From contig CAVRAY010000001.1 in assembly GCA_963719225.1 (NCBI GenBank), positions 1,024,001-1,088,000 of the forward strand: DNA of 64,000 nucleotides, written 5' to 3'. A program made the position numbers and the translations under genes. This document shows, in pieces, positions 10,355-18,387 of the stretch (the stretch's first letter is position 1; the number at the start of each line of letters is the position of its first letter). This DNA comes from Thermoanaerobaculia bacterium (GTDB lineage: Bacteria > Acidobacteriota > Thermoanaerobaculia > UBA5066). The notes beneath the pieces are model-generated. The model did no database searches and was not told where the DNA came from. It was given only the letters and a program-made list of their open reading frames with translations.

Positions 10355-10416
10355 TGGAGAACGTGGGCCGCATCCCGAAGGCGGACGAGATCCGCAGGCT
10401 CCTCGCGGGCGCCTGA
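10351..10416 (+). pseudogene. Probable 3' remnant of a small thioredoxin-like gene
   Basis: Reads ..VGRIPKADEIRRLLAGA*, which resembles the C-terminus of the small thioredoxin-family proteins that accompany ArsP; the CxxC-bearing N-terminus is absent. Confidence 0.45.
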
Positions 10417-10427
10417 CGCGCGGAAGC

Positions 10428-10590
10428 TCAGGCTCGGCGGCGGGCGAAGAGGCGTTCGAGCAGGGGCTTCGGCGGCGGGCACGTGCAGCGCTTGTCGCGC
10501 GGAACGCCCGCGCGGCGCGTTCTCCACGTGCCGGCCGCACCCGGCAAACGTCGGCTTTCCGCACCGGGAACAGGTCACTCGATGACACAT
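10428..10590 (-). CDS. Small Cys-rich peptide (~53 aa) with a 1-nt frameshift
   Basis: MCHRVTCSRCGKPTFAGCGRHVEN, then after a shift at ~10512 AGVPRDKRCTCPPPKPLLERLFARRRA*. The start overlaps the DUF6125-like stop region. Confidence 0.6.
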
Positions 10591-11204
10591 GGCGGAACCT
10601 TCCTGAGCTGAAACTCCCATCCGCAATGCCCGTGGGCGTCCGGGTCCGGCGGGCAGTGGAGGCAGCGGGTCTCGATGCGCGCGTCGACGGTGCGCGCGAA
10701 CGTCTCGAACTCGACCTCGCCGACGGGCCGGCACGGGAAGTCCGGGAGACCCTTGTGCCGCCGCGTTTCCTGGACGCGGCAGGACGTCATGAAGAAGCGC
10801 AGGACGGGCCCGTCCCGCTCGGTCCGGCTGGGGTTGACGAAGCTGTACGCCCGGAGAGAAAGCGCCCGCGCGAGCGCGTCGAGGCCGCCGTCCTTCGGGA
10901 TCGCGTACGCCTCCAGGATCCGGCGCGCCTCGGCGGCCGCGAACCGGCGCCAGGCTGCGGCGTCGAGGGCGATCGCGACGTCCATCCCGAAGCGTTCCTC
11001 GGCGGCGAGGAACCAGCTGCCGTCGTGCGCGAGCCAGTTCCTGGCGAAGACGTCGAGAGCCGTGAAGAGACCCGCACGGTCGAGCGCCTCGAAAGCGGGC
11101 GGGACGGCGGCGCGCGCCGCTTCGTGTCCGAGCGCCGCGAAGGCCTCGCGCCTCTTCCGGAAGGATTCCTTCCGGCGCTCGATCTCGTCCGGGGGCAGCG
11201 TCAC
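10575..11204 (-). CDS. DUF6125-like protein (V4R-like, Cys-rich C-terminus)
   Basis: NWLAHDGSWFLAAEERFG..A..LD..AW, SCRVQ..R..KGLPDFPC and CLHCPPD..HCGWEF motifs; GTG start at 11204 with a GAGGAAGGGG RBS. Confidence 0.75.
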   Translation of the reverse strand: MTLPPDEIERRKESFRKRREAFAALGHEAARAAVPPAFEALDRAGLFTALDVFARNWLAHDGSWFLAAEERFGMDVAIALDAAAWRRFAAAEARRILEAYAIPKDGGLDALARALSLRAYSFVNPSRTERDGPVLRFFMTSCRVQETRRHKGLPDFPCRPVGEVEFETFARTVDARIETRCLHCPPDPDAHGHCGWEFQLRKVPPCVIE

Positions 11205-11374
11205 GCGTCCGTCCCCTTCCTCGCCTCCGGCCGGGTCGGCCTCGAGCAGCTCGTCCCGCCGCCGGCGGGACCACTCGCCCCTCACGTCGGGACGCCGAGG
11301 CGCGGGAAGACGAACGTCTGGAGCAGAACCCAGACGAGCAGGGCGCCCCAAAGCCACGCGGCGTCGCTGCTCAT
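11201..11374 (-). CDS. Candidate selenoprotein: 57-aa single-TM peptide with UGA at codon 31
   Basis: MSSDAAWLWGALLVWVLLQTFVFPRLGVPT-UGA-GASGPAGGGTSCSRPTRPEARKGTDA*. GGAG lies 6 nt before the ATG, a SECIS-like hairpin follows the UGA, and the second stop overlaps the next GTG. Confidence 0.6.
11253..11271 (-). promoter_or_regulatory. Candidate bacterial SECIS element
   Basis: GUCCCGCC-GGC-GGCGGGAC is a perfect 8-bp stem starting 10 nt after the UGA (11282..11284); the apical loop begins with G. Confidence 0.55.
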
Positions 11375-11404
11375 CCGCGGCTCCGGGCGCCCACAGGGGT
11401 GGTG

Positions 11405-11454
11405 TTGGCGATGACCATTAATTACAATATAATCATTAAGTTATAGATGGTCAA
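11405..11454. promoter_or_regulatory. Overlapping divergent sigma70 promoters with a Fur/PerR-like box
   Basis: Plus strand TTGGCG-N17-TATAAT (11405..11433); minus strand TTGACC-N17-TATATT (11454..11426); ATATAAT-C-ATTAAGT at 11427..11441. Confidence 0.6.
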
Positions 11455-12667
11455 CCCCCCCGACCGCCGCCGCGTCCTCCTCTTCGCGTCGCCCGTCCTC
11501 GCGGCGCTGCCGCTCGCTGCGGCGCTCGTGGGCGTCTCGCTCGTCGCGGCCGACTCGCTTCGGGCGCGGGACGCGGCCGTGCGCGACGGGCTCCTCGCCC
11601 GCGCGGGCCACGAGCTCGAGGCCCGGCTTCGCAACGACGGGCCCGACGGGGCGCCGCAGGCCCTCGGGGAGTTCCTGGCCGCCCACGCGGCCCTCGTCCG
11701 GGGGGTCGAGGTGGTGGGACCCTCGAGAACGGCGGAGCGGCGAGGCGAGACGGAGGGGACCCCGGTCGAGATGCCCGCGATGCTGGGCCCGGGCTGGCGG
11801 CCCGCAGGCGGCTTCGGCGCGATGGCCGGCCCCGGGTTCGCGGAAGGCCGGCGGGGTTCCGGCCGCAGTCCCTTCGTGCTCCGCTTCTATCCGGCCCGCG
11901 GCGCCGGTGCCGAGGGCGGCCTCGCGCTCGCGCTCGTCCTCGGGTCGGTCGCGGCGGGAGCGGGCCTCGTCGTCCTGTCGCTCGCGGCGGCGCGCGGCCT
12001 CGCCGAGCGGGCACGGCGCGAGCGGCTCGAGGCCGAGCGCGAGCGCCTCGACGCCGTCGCCCTCACGGGCGCCGGCCTCGCCCACCGCGTTCGCAATCCT
12101 CTCGCCGCGATCAAGGGCACCGCGCAGCTCATGGCCGACCGCCCCGGCCAGCAGGTCGCCGAGCGCTCGCGGCGGATCGTCGAGGCCAGCGCCCGGATCG
12201 AGGATCTCGTGGCGCAGATTCTGAGGTTCGCGCGGCCCGTCGAGCCCCAGCCGGAGAGTCTCGACCTCGCCGCGCTGGCACGGGAGGCTGCGGAGCGCGC
12301 GGGCGAGGGCGTGACGGTTTCCGGCACTCCTTCGGTGGAAACGTTTGCCGACGCAGGCCACGCGGCCGACGTGCTGCACGAGCTCCTCGCCAACGCGCGC
12401 GCGCATGATCCCGGCGGGACGCTCGCCGTCGCCGTCGGAGCGGACGGCGGCACGGCCTGGGCGGAGGTGCGCGACCGCGGCCCCGGGCTCTCCGTCGATC
12501 CGGCGCGGGCGTTCGACCCCTACGTCACGGGCCGGCCCGGCGGCACGGGGCTCGGCCTCCCGACGGTGAGGGCGCTCGCGCGCGCGAACGGCGGCGACGT
12601 GACGCTCGCCGCGCACGCCGGCGGCGGCTGCGTGGCGCGGCTGACCCTGCCCGGGGTCCGGGGCTGA
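11447..12667 (+). CDS. Membrane sensor histidine kinase
   Basis: Two TM segments, H-box AHRVRNPL, N-box ELLANA, and DRGPG and GTGLGL boxes. Confidence 0.88.
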   Translation: MVNPPDRRRVLLFASPVLAALPLAAALVGVSLVAADSLRARDAAVRDGLLARAGHELEARLRNDGPDGAPQALGEFLAAHAALVRGVEVVGPSRTAERRGETEGTPVEMPAMLGPGWRPAGGFGAMAGPGFAEGRRGSGRSPFVLRFYPARGAGAEGGLALALVLGSVAAGAGLVVLSLAAARGLAERARRERLEAERERLDAVALTGAGLAHRVRNPLAAIKGTAQLMADRPGQQVAERSRRIVEASARIEDLVAQILRFARPVEPQPESLDLAALAREAAERAGEGVTVSGTPSVETFADAGHAADVLHELLANARAHDPGGTLAVAVGADGGTAWAEVRDRGPGLSVDPARAFDPYVTGRPGGTGLGLPTVRALARANGGDVTLAAHAGGGCVARLTLPGVRG

Positions 12668-12668
12668 G

Positions 12669-13952
12669 ATGGCGCGCGTCCTCGTCGCCGACGACGATCC
12701 GTCCTTCCGCGCGCTCCTGCGCGACATCCTCGAGGGGGAGGGACACGCCGTCGTCGAGGCCCGCGACGGGGAGGAGGCGCTGCGCTTCGCGCGCCGCGAG
12801 CCCTTCGCTCTCGTGCTGACGGACCGCCGGATGCCCGCGCGGGACGGGATCGCGCTCCTCAAGGCTCTGCGCGACGAGCTCCCGGCGCCGCCCCCCGTCG
12901 TCGTCCTGACGGGGTTCGGGACGATCCCGGAGGCCGTGGAGGCCGTGCGCCTCGGAGCCGCGGACTACCTGACGAAGCCGCTCGAGTCCCCGCGCGCGCT
13001 CCTCGCGGTCGTCGACCGGCTCCTCGCTCCCGAGGCGCCGGAAGAGGAGATCGTGACCTCGGACGCGCGGCTGCTCGAGGCCCTCGCGCTCGTCGACCGC
13101 GTCGCCCCGACGGACGTCCCGGTCCTCGTGACGGGGGAGTCGGGCACGGGCAAGGAGCTCGTCGCGCGACGGCTCCACGCCCGCTCGGCGCGCGCCGCGG
13201 GCCCTTTCGTCGCGGTAAACGCGGCGGCGCTGCCCGAGTCCCTCGCCGAGAGCGAGCTCTTCGGACACGAGCGCGGGGCGTTCACGGGCGCGGACCGCAC
13301 GCGGGCGGGGCGCTTCGAGGAGGCGAGCGGCGGCACGCTCTTCCTCGACGAGATCGGCGACCTCGCGCCCGCCCTCCAGGCCAAGCTGCTGCGCGTCCTC
13401 GAGGACGGGCGCGTGCGGCGACTCGGAAGCGAGAAGGACGTCACGGTCGACGTCCGCCTCATCGCCGCCACGAACCGCGACCTCGCGCGCGAGGCCGAGA
13501 TGGGCGGCTTCCGTCGCGACCTCTACTTCCGCCTCGCGGTCGTGCCCATCGCCCTGCCGCCGCTCCGCGAGCGCCCCGGCGACGTCCCGCTCCTCGCCCG
13601 GCACTTCGTGTCGCGCCTCGCGGCGCGTCATCGCCTGCCCGAACCGGAGCTCACGCCGGAGGCGCTCGACGTCCTCGGGGCTCAGAGCTGGCCGGGCAAC
13701 GTCCGTGAGCTGCGCAACGCGCTCGAGCGGGCGGTGGTGGTGCGTGGCGGCCTCGCGATCCGTCCGGAGGACGTGCGGCCGGCCGCCGCGTCCGCCGCGC
13801 CGACGCATACCCTCGACGAGGACACGCGCGAGCGCGAAGCCGCGCTCGAGGCCTTGCGCCTGTCGGGCGGGAACCGGGACGCGGCCGCCCGGAAGCTCGG
13901 GATCTCGGTCCGCACGCTCTACTACCGGCTCCGCCGCTGGGGCCTCAACTGA
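12669..13952 (+). CDS. Sigma54-dependent response regulator (NtrC/ZraR family)
   Basis: Intact receiver (DD, D-RRMP, KP), [22 protein letters not shown] and a Fis-type HTH. Confidence 0.93.
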   Translation: MARVLVADDDPSFRALLRDILEGEGHAVVEARDGEEALRFARREPFALVLTDRRMPARDGIALLKALRDELPAPPPVVVLTGFGTIPEAVEAVRLGAADYLTKPLESPRALLAVVDRLLAPEAPEEEIVTSDARLLEALALVDRVAPTDVPVLVTGESGTGKELVARRLHARSARAAGPFVAVNAAALPESLAESELFGHERGAFTGADRTRAGRFEEASGGTLFLDEIGDLAPALQAKLLRVLEDGRVRRLGSEKDVTVDVRLIAATNRDLAREAEMGGFRRDLYFRLAVVPIALPPLRERPGDVPLLARHFVSRLAARHRLPEPELTPEALDVLGAQSWPGNVRELRNALERAVVVRGGLAIRPEDVRPAAASAAPTHTLDEDTREREAALEALRLSGGNRDAAARKLGISVRTLYYRLRRWGLN

Positions 13953-14080
13953 CTGCAGGCGTTGCGCGGCGGACTGCAGGTCCTGCAGGGACGATCCGGG
14001 GATCGTTGGAGGCAATTTCTCAGAAAGCGTTGGGCGACGGGGCCTTGGGCCCGGCCCCCGAGGCGGGCACGAAGCGTGCG
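13953..14080 (+). promoter_or_regulatory. Sigma54 promoter with tandem upstream activator sites
   Basis: GGGCAC-N5-GTGCG at 14065..14080; CTGCAGGCGTTGCGC (13953) and CTGCAGGTCCTGCAG (13974) lie 21 bp apart. Confidence 0.55.
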
Positions 14081-14106
14081 ATGACATTCGCCGAAAGGAG
14101 AACGAC

Positions 14107-14646
14107 ATGAAACGCACCCTCATCGCCCTCGCTCTCGGCTCTCTCGCAACCTTCCCGCTCGTCGCGCAGCAGGGGTCCGGCTATGGCCGCGGCCCGGGCT
14201 ACGGTCGCACGGCGGCCGCATCGAGTATCGACGTCACGAAGCCGTCCACCGTCATCGGCGACGTCGTCTCGCTCAAGGGCGGTCCCGGCCTCGGGATGCC
14301 GACTCTCACCGTGAAGGTCGGCGGCAGGGAGGAGGCTTACGTCCTCGGCGCGTACCGGTATCTCACCGCGCAGAAGTTCGCGCCCGTCGCCGGCGACGCG
14401 GTCCGCCTCCTCCTCTATACGTGCGAGGAATGCCCACAGGGATTCGTCGTTGCCGAGGTCGAGAACCTCACGCAGAAGACCACGCTGAAGCTCCGGAACA
14501 CCGACGGCACGCCGGTCTTCGTCGGCGGGCGCGGCGGGCACGGATGGGGAGCGGGCGCCGGCTGCTGCGGCGGCAACGGCCCGATGGACGGCACCGGCCC
14601 GATGGACGGCACCGGCCCGAACCCGAACTGCCCGAAGAAGTCCTGA
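14107..14646 (+). CDS. Secreted OB-fold-like protein with a Cys/Gly-rich tail
   Basis: AAAGGAG RBS, signal peptide, CEEC, LRNTDGTPVF, and tail GCCGGN(GPMDGT)2GPNPNCP. Confidence 0.7.
   Translation: MKRTLIALALGSLATFPLVAQQGSGYGRGPGYGRTAAASSIDVTKPSTVIGDVVSLKGGPGLGMPTLTVKVGGREEAYVLGAYRYLTAQKFAPVAGDAVRLLLYTCEECPQGFVVAEVENLTQKTTLKLRNTDGTPVFVGGRGGHGWGAGAGCCGGNGPMDGTGPMDGTGPNPNCPKKS
14578..14620 (+). repeat. 18-nt tandem repeat encoding GPMDGT
   Basis: GGCCCGATGGACGGCACC x2 plus a partial third copy. Confidence 0.8.
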
Positions 14647-14650
14647 CGCC

Positions 14651-15862
14651 TCAGGCGCTCACGGGGACGGCCGCGGCCGCCTTCACGAGCGCCTGCTCGA
14701 GGTCGGCGATCAGGTCGCGCACGTCCTCGCAGCCCACGGCGAGACGCACGAGGTCGTCGGAGATCCCGGCGACCTCGCGCTCTTTCTTCGGCATCCCCGC
14801 GTGCGTCATCGAGGCAGGGTGCTCGATGAGCGTCTCGATGCCCCCAAGGCTCACGGCGAGCGTCGCGAGGCGGACCGAATCGATGAGAGCCTTGCCCGCC
14901 TCGAGGCCGCCCTTGACGCCGAACGAGAAGACGGCCCCCGGCCCCGCCATCTGCCGGAGCATCAGCGCGTGCTGCGGGTGGCTCGGGAGTCCGGGGTGGA
15001 GGACCCACGCGACTCCCGGATGCGTCTCGAGGAGGCGCGCGATCTCGAGCGCGCTCGCCTGCGCGCGCTCCATTCTGAGCCCGAGCGTCTTGACGCCGCG
15101 CAGCACGAGCCAGGCCTGGTGCGGGTCCATTGTCCCGCCGAAGGCGCAATGGACCTTCCGGAGCCGTTCGTGGAGCGCGGGGGAGCCGGTGACGATCGCG
15201 CCGCCGACGACGTCCGTGTGGCCGTTGATGTATTTCGTGAGGCTGTGGACGACGACGTCGGCCCCGAGCGCGAGCGGCTGCTGCAGGACCGGCGAGGCGA
15301 ACGTGTTGTCGACGACGAGGAGCGCGCCGTGCGCGTGCGCGATGTCGGCGCAGGCCCTGAGGTCCGTGAGCTTCATGGTCGGGTTCGCGGGAGTCTCGAC
15401 GTAGACCATCTTCGTCGAGGGCCGCATCGCAGCCGCGACGTTCTCCGGCTTCGAGGAGTCGACCCACGTCGAGGCGACGCCGAAGCGCGGGTACTCGTTC
15501 TCGAGGACGAGGCGCGACGGCCCGTAGACGGAGTCGGTCCCGACGACGTGCGCGCCCTGCTCGAGGAACGTGACGTAGACGGTGTTGATCGCCGCCATTC
15601 CGGTCGCAGCGCCGAGCGCGCCGCAGCCGCCCTCGAGGATCGCGAGACACTCCTCGAGCGCCGCGACGGTCGGATTGCCGAGCCGCGTGTACTTGTACCC
15701 GGGATCGCGGCCCTGGAAGCGTGCGGCACCCTCGTCCGCGTTCTTGAACGCGAACGTGGACGTCTGGTAGATCGGCGTCGAGACAGCGCCTGTGGCGGGA
15801 TCGGGACGCTGCCCCGCGTGGATGATGCGGGTGGCCGGGTGCATTCGGCGGATGTCGGTCAT
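14651..15862 (-). CDS. PLP-dependent trans-sulfuration enzyme (methionine gamma-lyase/cystathionine gamma-lyase family)
   Basis: PIYQTSTF, YTRLGNPT, ETPANPT, VDNTF, HSLTKYINGH and AVSLGG motifs. Confidence 0.9.
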   Translation of the reverse strand: MTDIRRMHPATRIIHAGQRPDPATGAVSTPIYQTSTFAFKNADEGAARFQGRDPGYKYTRLGNPTVAALEECLAILEGGCGALGAATGMAAINTVYVTFLEQGAHVVGTDSVYGPSRLVLENEYPRFGVASTWVDSSKPENVAAAMRPSTKMVYVETPANPTMKLTDLRACADIAHAHGALLVVDNTFASPVLQQPLALGADVVVHSLTKYINGHTDVVGGAIVTGSPALHERLRKVHCAFGGTMDPHQAWLVLRGVKTLGLRMERAQASALEIARLLETHPGVAWVLHPGLPSHPQHALMLRQMAGPGAVFSFGVKGGLEAGKALIDSVRLATLAVSLGGIETLIEHPASMTHAGMPKKEREVAGISDDLVRLAVGCEDVRDLIADLEQALVKAAAAVPVSA

Positions 15863-17403
15863 TGCGTTTCCTTTCCGTTCGCGAGCGCGTGCGCCGCCGT
15901 CCGCGGCTCCCATTCGCCCGTCTTGTCGTCGAGCACGTAGCCATCCGCGAGCTCCCGGCCGCGGCGAGCGACGTGGTCGACCCCTTCGAGGAGGGCCTGG
16001 AACTCGTCCTCGCTCACGGTGGGCGACAGGCTGATGCGCACCCAGCCCGGCTTCTCGCCGAGGTGGCCCTCGTCGAGGCGGTGGCGGATCGCCTTCGAGC
16101 GCGTCTCGTCGATCGCAAGAAGGAGGTGGCCGTACGGTCCGGCGCACATGCAGCCCGCGCGCACCTGGATCCCGAAGAGGTCGTTCAGGAGCCGCGCCGC
16201 GAGGTTGTGGTGGACGTTCGGGAAGATCACCGAAAGGACGCCGAGGCGGCGTGTTTCGAGATTGCCGAGGATCGCGAGGTCGTCGCGCGGTCGCCACGCC
16301 GCGATCGCGCGGGAGAGGTAGTCCCGTTCGATGCGTTCCGTTCGCGAGGCACCGACAGCCGCCTTGAGGTCGAAGGCGAGGGCGGCCTGGATCGTCTGGA
16401 CGATCGGGGGCGTCCCGCCCGTCTCGCGCGACTCGATCGCGCCGAGGTAGCGGTGGTCCCAGGGGGACGTGTAAAGGACCGTCCCGCCACCCGGTTCGGC
16501 CGGCACGCGGTTCGTGAAGAGGCGCCGGTGCGCGACGAGGAGGCCGGGCGTTCGCGGGCCCCCGAGGAACTTGTGGACGGAGAAGAACACGGCGTCGAAA
16601 GCGGCCGCCGGATCGCCCCCGGGGTGCATGTCGACGTCCACGTACGGGCCCGCCGCGGCGTAGTCGAAGAACGCAAGAGCGCCGTGCCGGTGGAGGACGC
16701 GCGCGAGGCCGTGCACGTCGTTCAGGATCCCCGTCACGTTCGATGCGGCGCTGAACGTCCCGATCTTCCAGGGCCTGTGCGCGCTCTCGGCGAGCTTGCG
16801 ATCGAGGTCCTCGAGGCTGATGCGCCCGTCCGGGTCGAAGTCCACGTAGACGGAATCCCCGATCGTCTCGCGCCACGCGATGTCGTTCGAGTGGTGCTCC
16901 ATGAGGGACCGGAAGACGACGGGCCGGCCCTCTCTGGGAATCCGGGCCGCGAGGCCGAAGCGCTCGTCGAGCTGATCCGGGAGCCTGAGGCCGAGAACCT
17001 GGATCAAGCGGTTGATCGCGCCCGTCGAGCCCGAGCCGACGGGGATCACGACGTCTTCGCTCGTGGCGCCGACGTACGCCCCGATCTTCCGGAGAGCCGC
17101 GTCATAGCGCTCCGTCATGAGGCGGCCCGTGGAGCTGCTCAGCGTGTGCGTGTTCGCCATGTAGGGGAGGACGCGCTCGTTCAGCTCGTCCTCGACGTCG
17201 CGGTGGAAGCGGCCGGACGCGATGAAGTCGAAATAGCGGAGGGGCCGCTCGCCGAAGGGGCCGGAAATCGTCGCGTCGACGCCGACGATCCGTGCGCGGA
17301 GATGCGCGAGGAACGCGGCCTCCTCGCCGGCCGAGAGCGTGACGACGGGGCCGCGGGTCGCGGCGGAGGCCGCGTCGACGAGTCGGGGCAGGCCGGAGGC
17401 CAC
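15859..17403 (-). CDS. Aminotransferase class V (cysteine desulfurase/selenocysteine lyase-like)
   Basis: ANTHT, EHHSN, AASNVTG, DYAAAGPY, SVHKFLGG, GGTP and RAGCMCAGPYG motifs. Confidence 0.88.
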   Translation of the reverse strand: MASGLPRLVDAASAATRGPVVTLSAGEEAAFLAHLRARIVGVDATISGPFGERPLRYFDFIASGRFHRDVEDELNERVLPYMANTHTLSSSTGRLMTERYDAALRKIGAYVGATSEDVVIPVGSGSTGAINRLIQVLGLRLPDQLDERFGLAARIPREGRPVVFRSLMEHHSNDIAWRETIGDSVYVDFDPDGRISLEDLDRKLAESAHRPWKIGTFSAASNVTGILNDVHGLARVLHRHGALAFFDYAAAGPYVDVDMHPGGDPAAAFDAVFFSVHKFLGGPRTPGLLVAHRRLFTNRVPAEPGGGTVLYTSPWDHRYLGAIESRETGGTPPIVQTIQAALAFDLKAAVGASRTERIERDYLSRAIAAWRPRDDLAILGNLETRRLGVLSVIFPNVHHNLAARLLNDLFGIQVRAGCMCAGPYGHLLLAIDETRSKAIRHRLDEGHLGEKPGWVRISLSPTVSEDEFQALLEGVDHVARRGRELADGYVLDDKTGEWEPRTAAHALANGKETQ

Positions 17404-17408
17404 GTCTC

Positions 17409-17771
17409 TCAGCGGCGGACGCCTCGTCGGGCGCGCCCGAGAATCGCGTCGGCCTTGTGGCGTGCCCCGCGCTCGACACCCTCGCAGACGATCGAGCAGA
17501 TCCTGAGGAGAGTCGGGTCGGCGATCGAGTAGACGGTGCGCGTGCCGTCCTTGCGCCGGCCCACGAGCGCCGAGCCGTGCAGGACGGCGAGGTGCTTGCT
17601 CACGTTCGCCTGCGTGCCCCCGACCTCGTCGAGGATCTCGCCGACGGAGGCATCGCTCCGAAAAAGCCGCCTCAGGATCTTGAGGCGCATGGGCTCGGAG
17701 AGCGCCCGGAAACGCATCGCGACCTCTTCGCAGCCGGCGTCCGTCAGGGGGAGGTGGGCGTTCATCGCCAT
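17409..17771 (-). CDS. ArsR/SmtB-family repressor, copy A
   Basis: FRALSEPMRLKIL, QANVSKHL and a C-terminal ICSIVC; near-identical to 39206..39559. Confidence 0.88.
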   Translation of the reverse strand: MAMNAHLPLTDAGCEEVAMRFRALSEPMRLKILRRLFRSDASVGEILDEVGGTQANVSKHLAVLHGSALVGRRKDGTRTVYSIADPTLLRICSIVCEGVERGARHKADAILGRARRGVRR

Positions 17772-17779
17772 ATGGCGAT
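17764..17779. promoter_or_regulatory. Perfect 16-bp palindrome over the arsR copy A start
   Basis: ATCGCCATATGGCGAT. Confidence 0.5.
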
Positions 17780-17836
17780 CATGGGTCTCGCATCGGAGCC
17801 GGTCAATGATGCCGATGGAGGAGGCGTCTCCGGGCG

Positions 17837-18325
17837 TCAGCGACGGGCGCGTCGGCCGGTGGAGGGCGCGGACTTCTCGAGGAGCGCCGCGGCCACGGCG
17901 GCGAGGAGCTCGGCGGCGGGCCGAAGGCGGCTGGCGGGAATCCCGGACAGCGCGCGCGCGACGGCGGCCTCGACCGTGCCGGCGGACGGGGCGTCGAGCC
18001 TCCGGCCGTGCGGGGTGAGCTCGAGGCGCGTCCGGCGCCGGTCCTTCGGGTCGAGCCTCCGCCGGACGAGATCGCGCCGCTCGAGACGGTGGAGGATGCC
18101 CGTCAGCGTGCTCGGGTGCAGCCGCAGGATCTCCGCGAGGGCGCCCGCCGAGATTCCGGGCCTGCGGCCGAGGACGCGGAGCGCGACGCGCTGGGGCCCA
18201 GTCAGCCCGAGGGAGGCGTGCATGCGCTTCGAGAGGGACTGCAGACCGTGGTCCAGGGCCCAGATGAGCCGCATGAACTCGAGCACCCTCCCGAAGCGCT
18301 TCGCCGTTCCGCGTGCCGCAGCCAT
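17837..18325 (-). CDS. MarR-family transcriptional regulator
   Basis: LGLTGPQ, LHPSTLTGILHRLE and DPKDRRRTRLELT motifs. Confidence 0.88.
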   Translation of the reverse strand: MAAARGTAKRFGRVLEFMRLIWALDHGLQSLSKRMHASLGLTGPQRVALRVLGRRPGISAGALAEILRLHPSTLTGILHRLERRDLVRRRLDPKDRRRTRLELTPHGRRLDAPSAGTVEAAVARALSGIPASRLRPAAELLAAVAAALLEKSAPSTGRRARR

Positions 18326-18350
18326 GACGAGATGATCCCACGGATATTGA

Positions 18351-18366
18351 TTTGACCTCAAACGAA
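18351..18366. promoter_or_regulatory. Candidate MarR operator 1
   Basis: TTTGACCTCAAACGAA between the divergent marR and CLC genes; matches the palindrome at 25491. Confidence 0.55.
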
Positions 18367-18387
18367 AAATGCGGGAGACTCGCGCGA

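Noticed and set aside
11205-11357. N-terminal extension of the DUF6125-like ORF given in the ORF track
   Set aside because: It overlaps the Sec-peptide frame; a better GTG start with an RBS lies at 11204.
11415-11446. AT-rich stretch resembling a dif/Xer site or MITE scar
   Set aside because: The arms and spacer do not fit the 11-6-11 ATAA/TTAT geometry; two well-spaced divergent promoters explain it better.
14578-14620. Tandem repeat as a CRISPR or VNTR marker
   Set aside because: Only about 2.4 in-frame copies with no spacers; it is a coding repeat.
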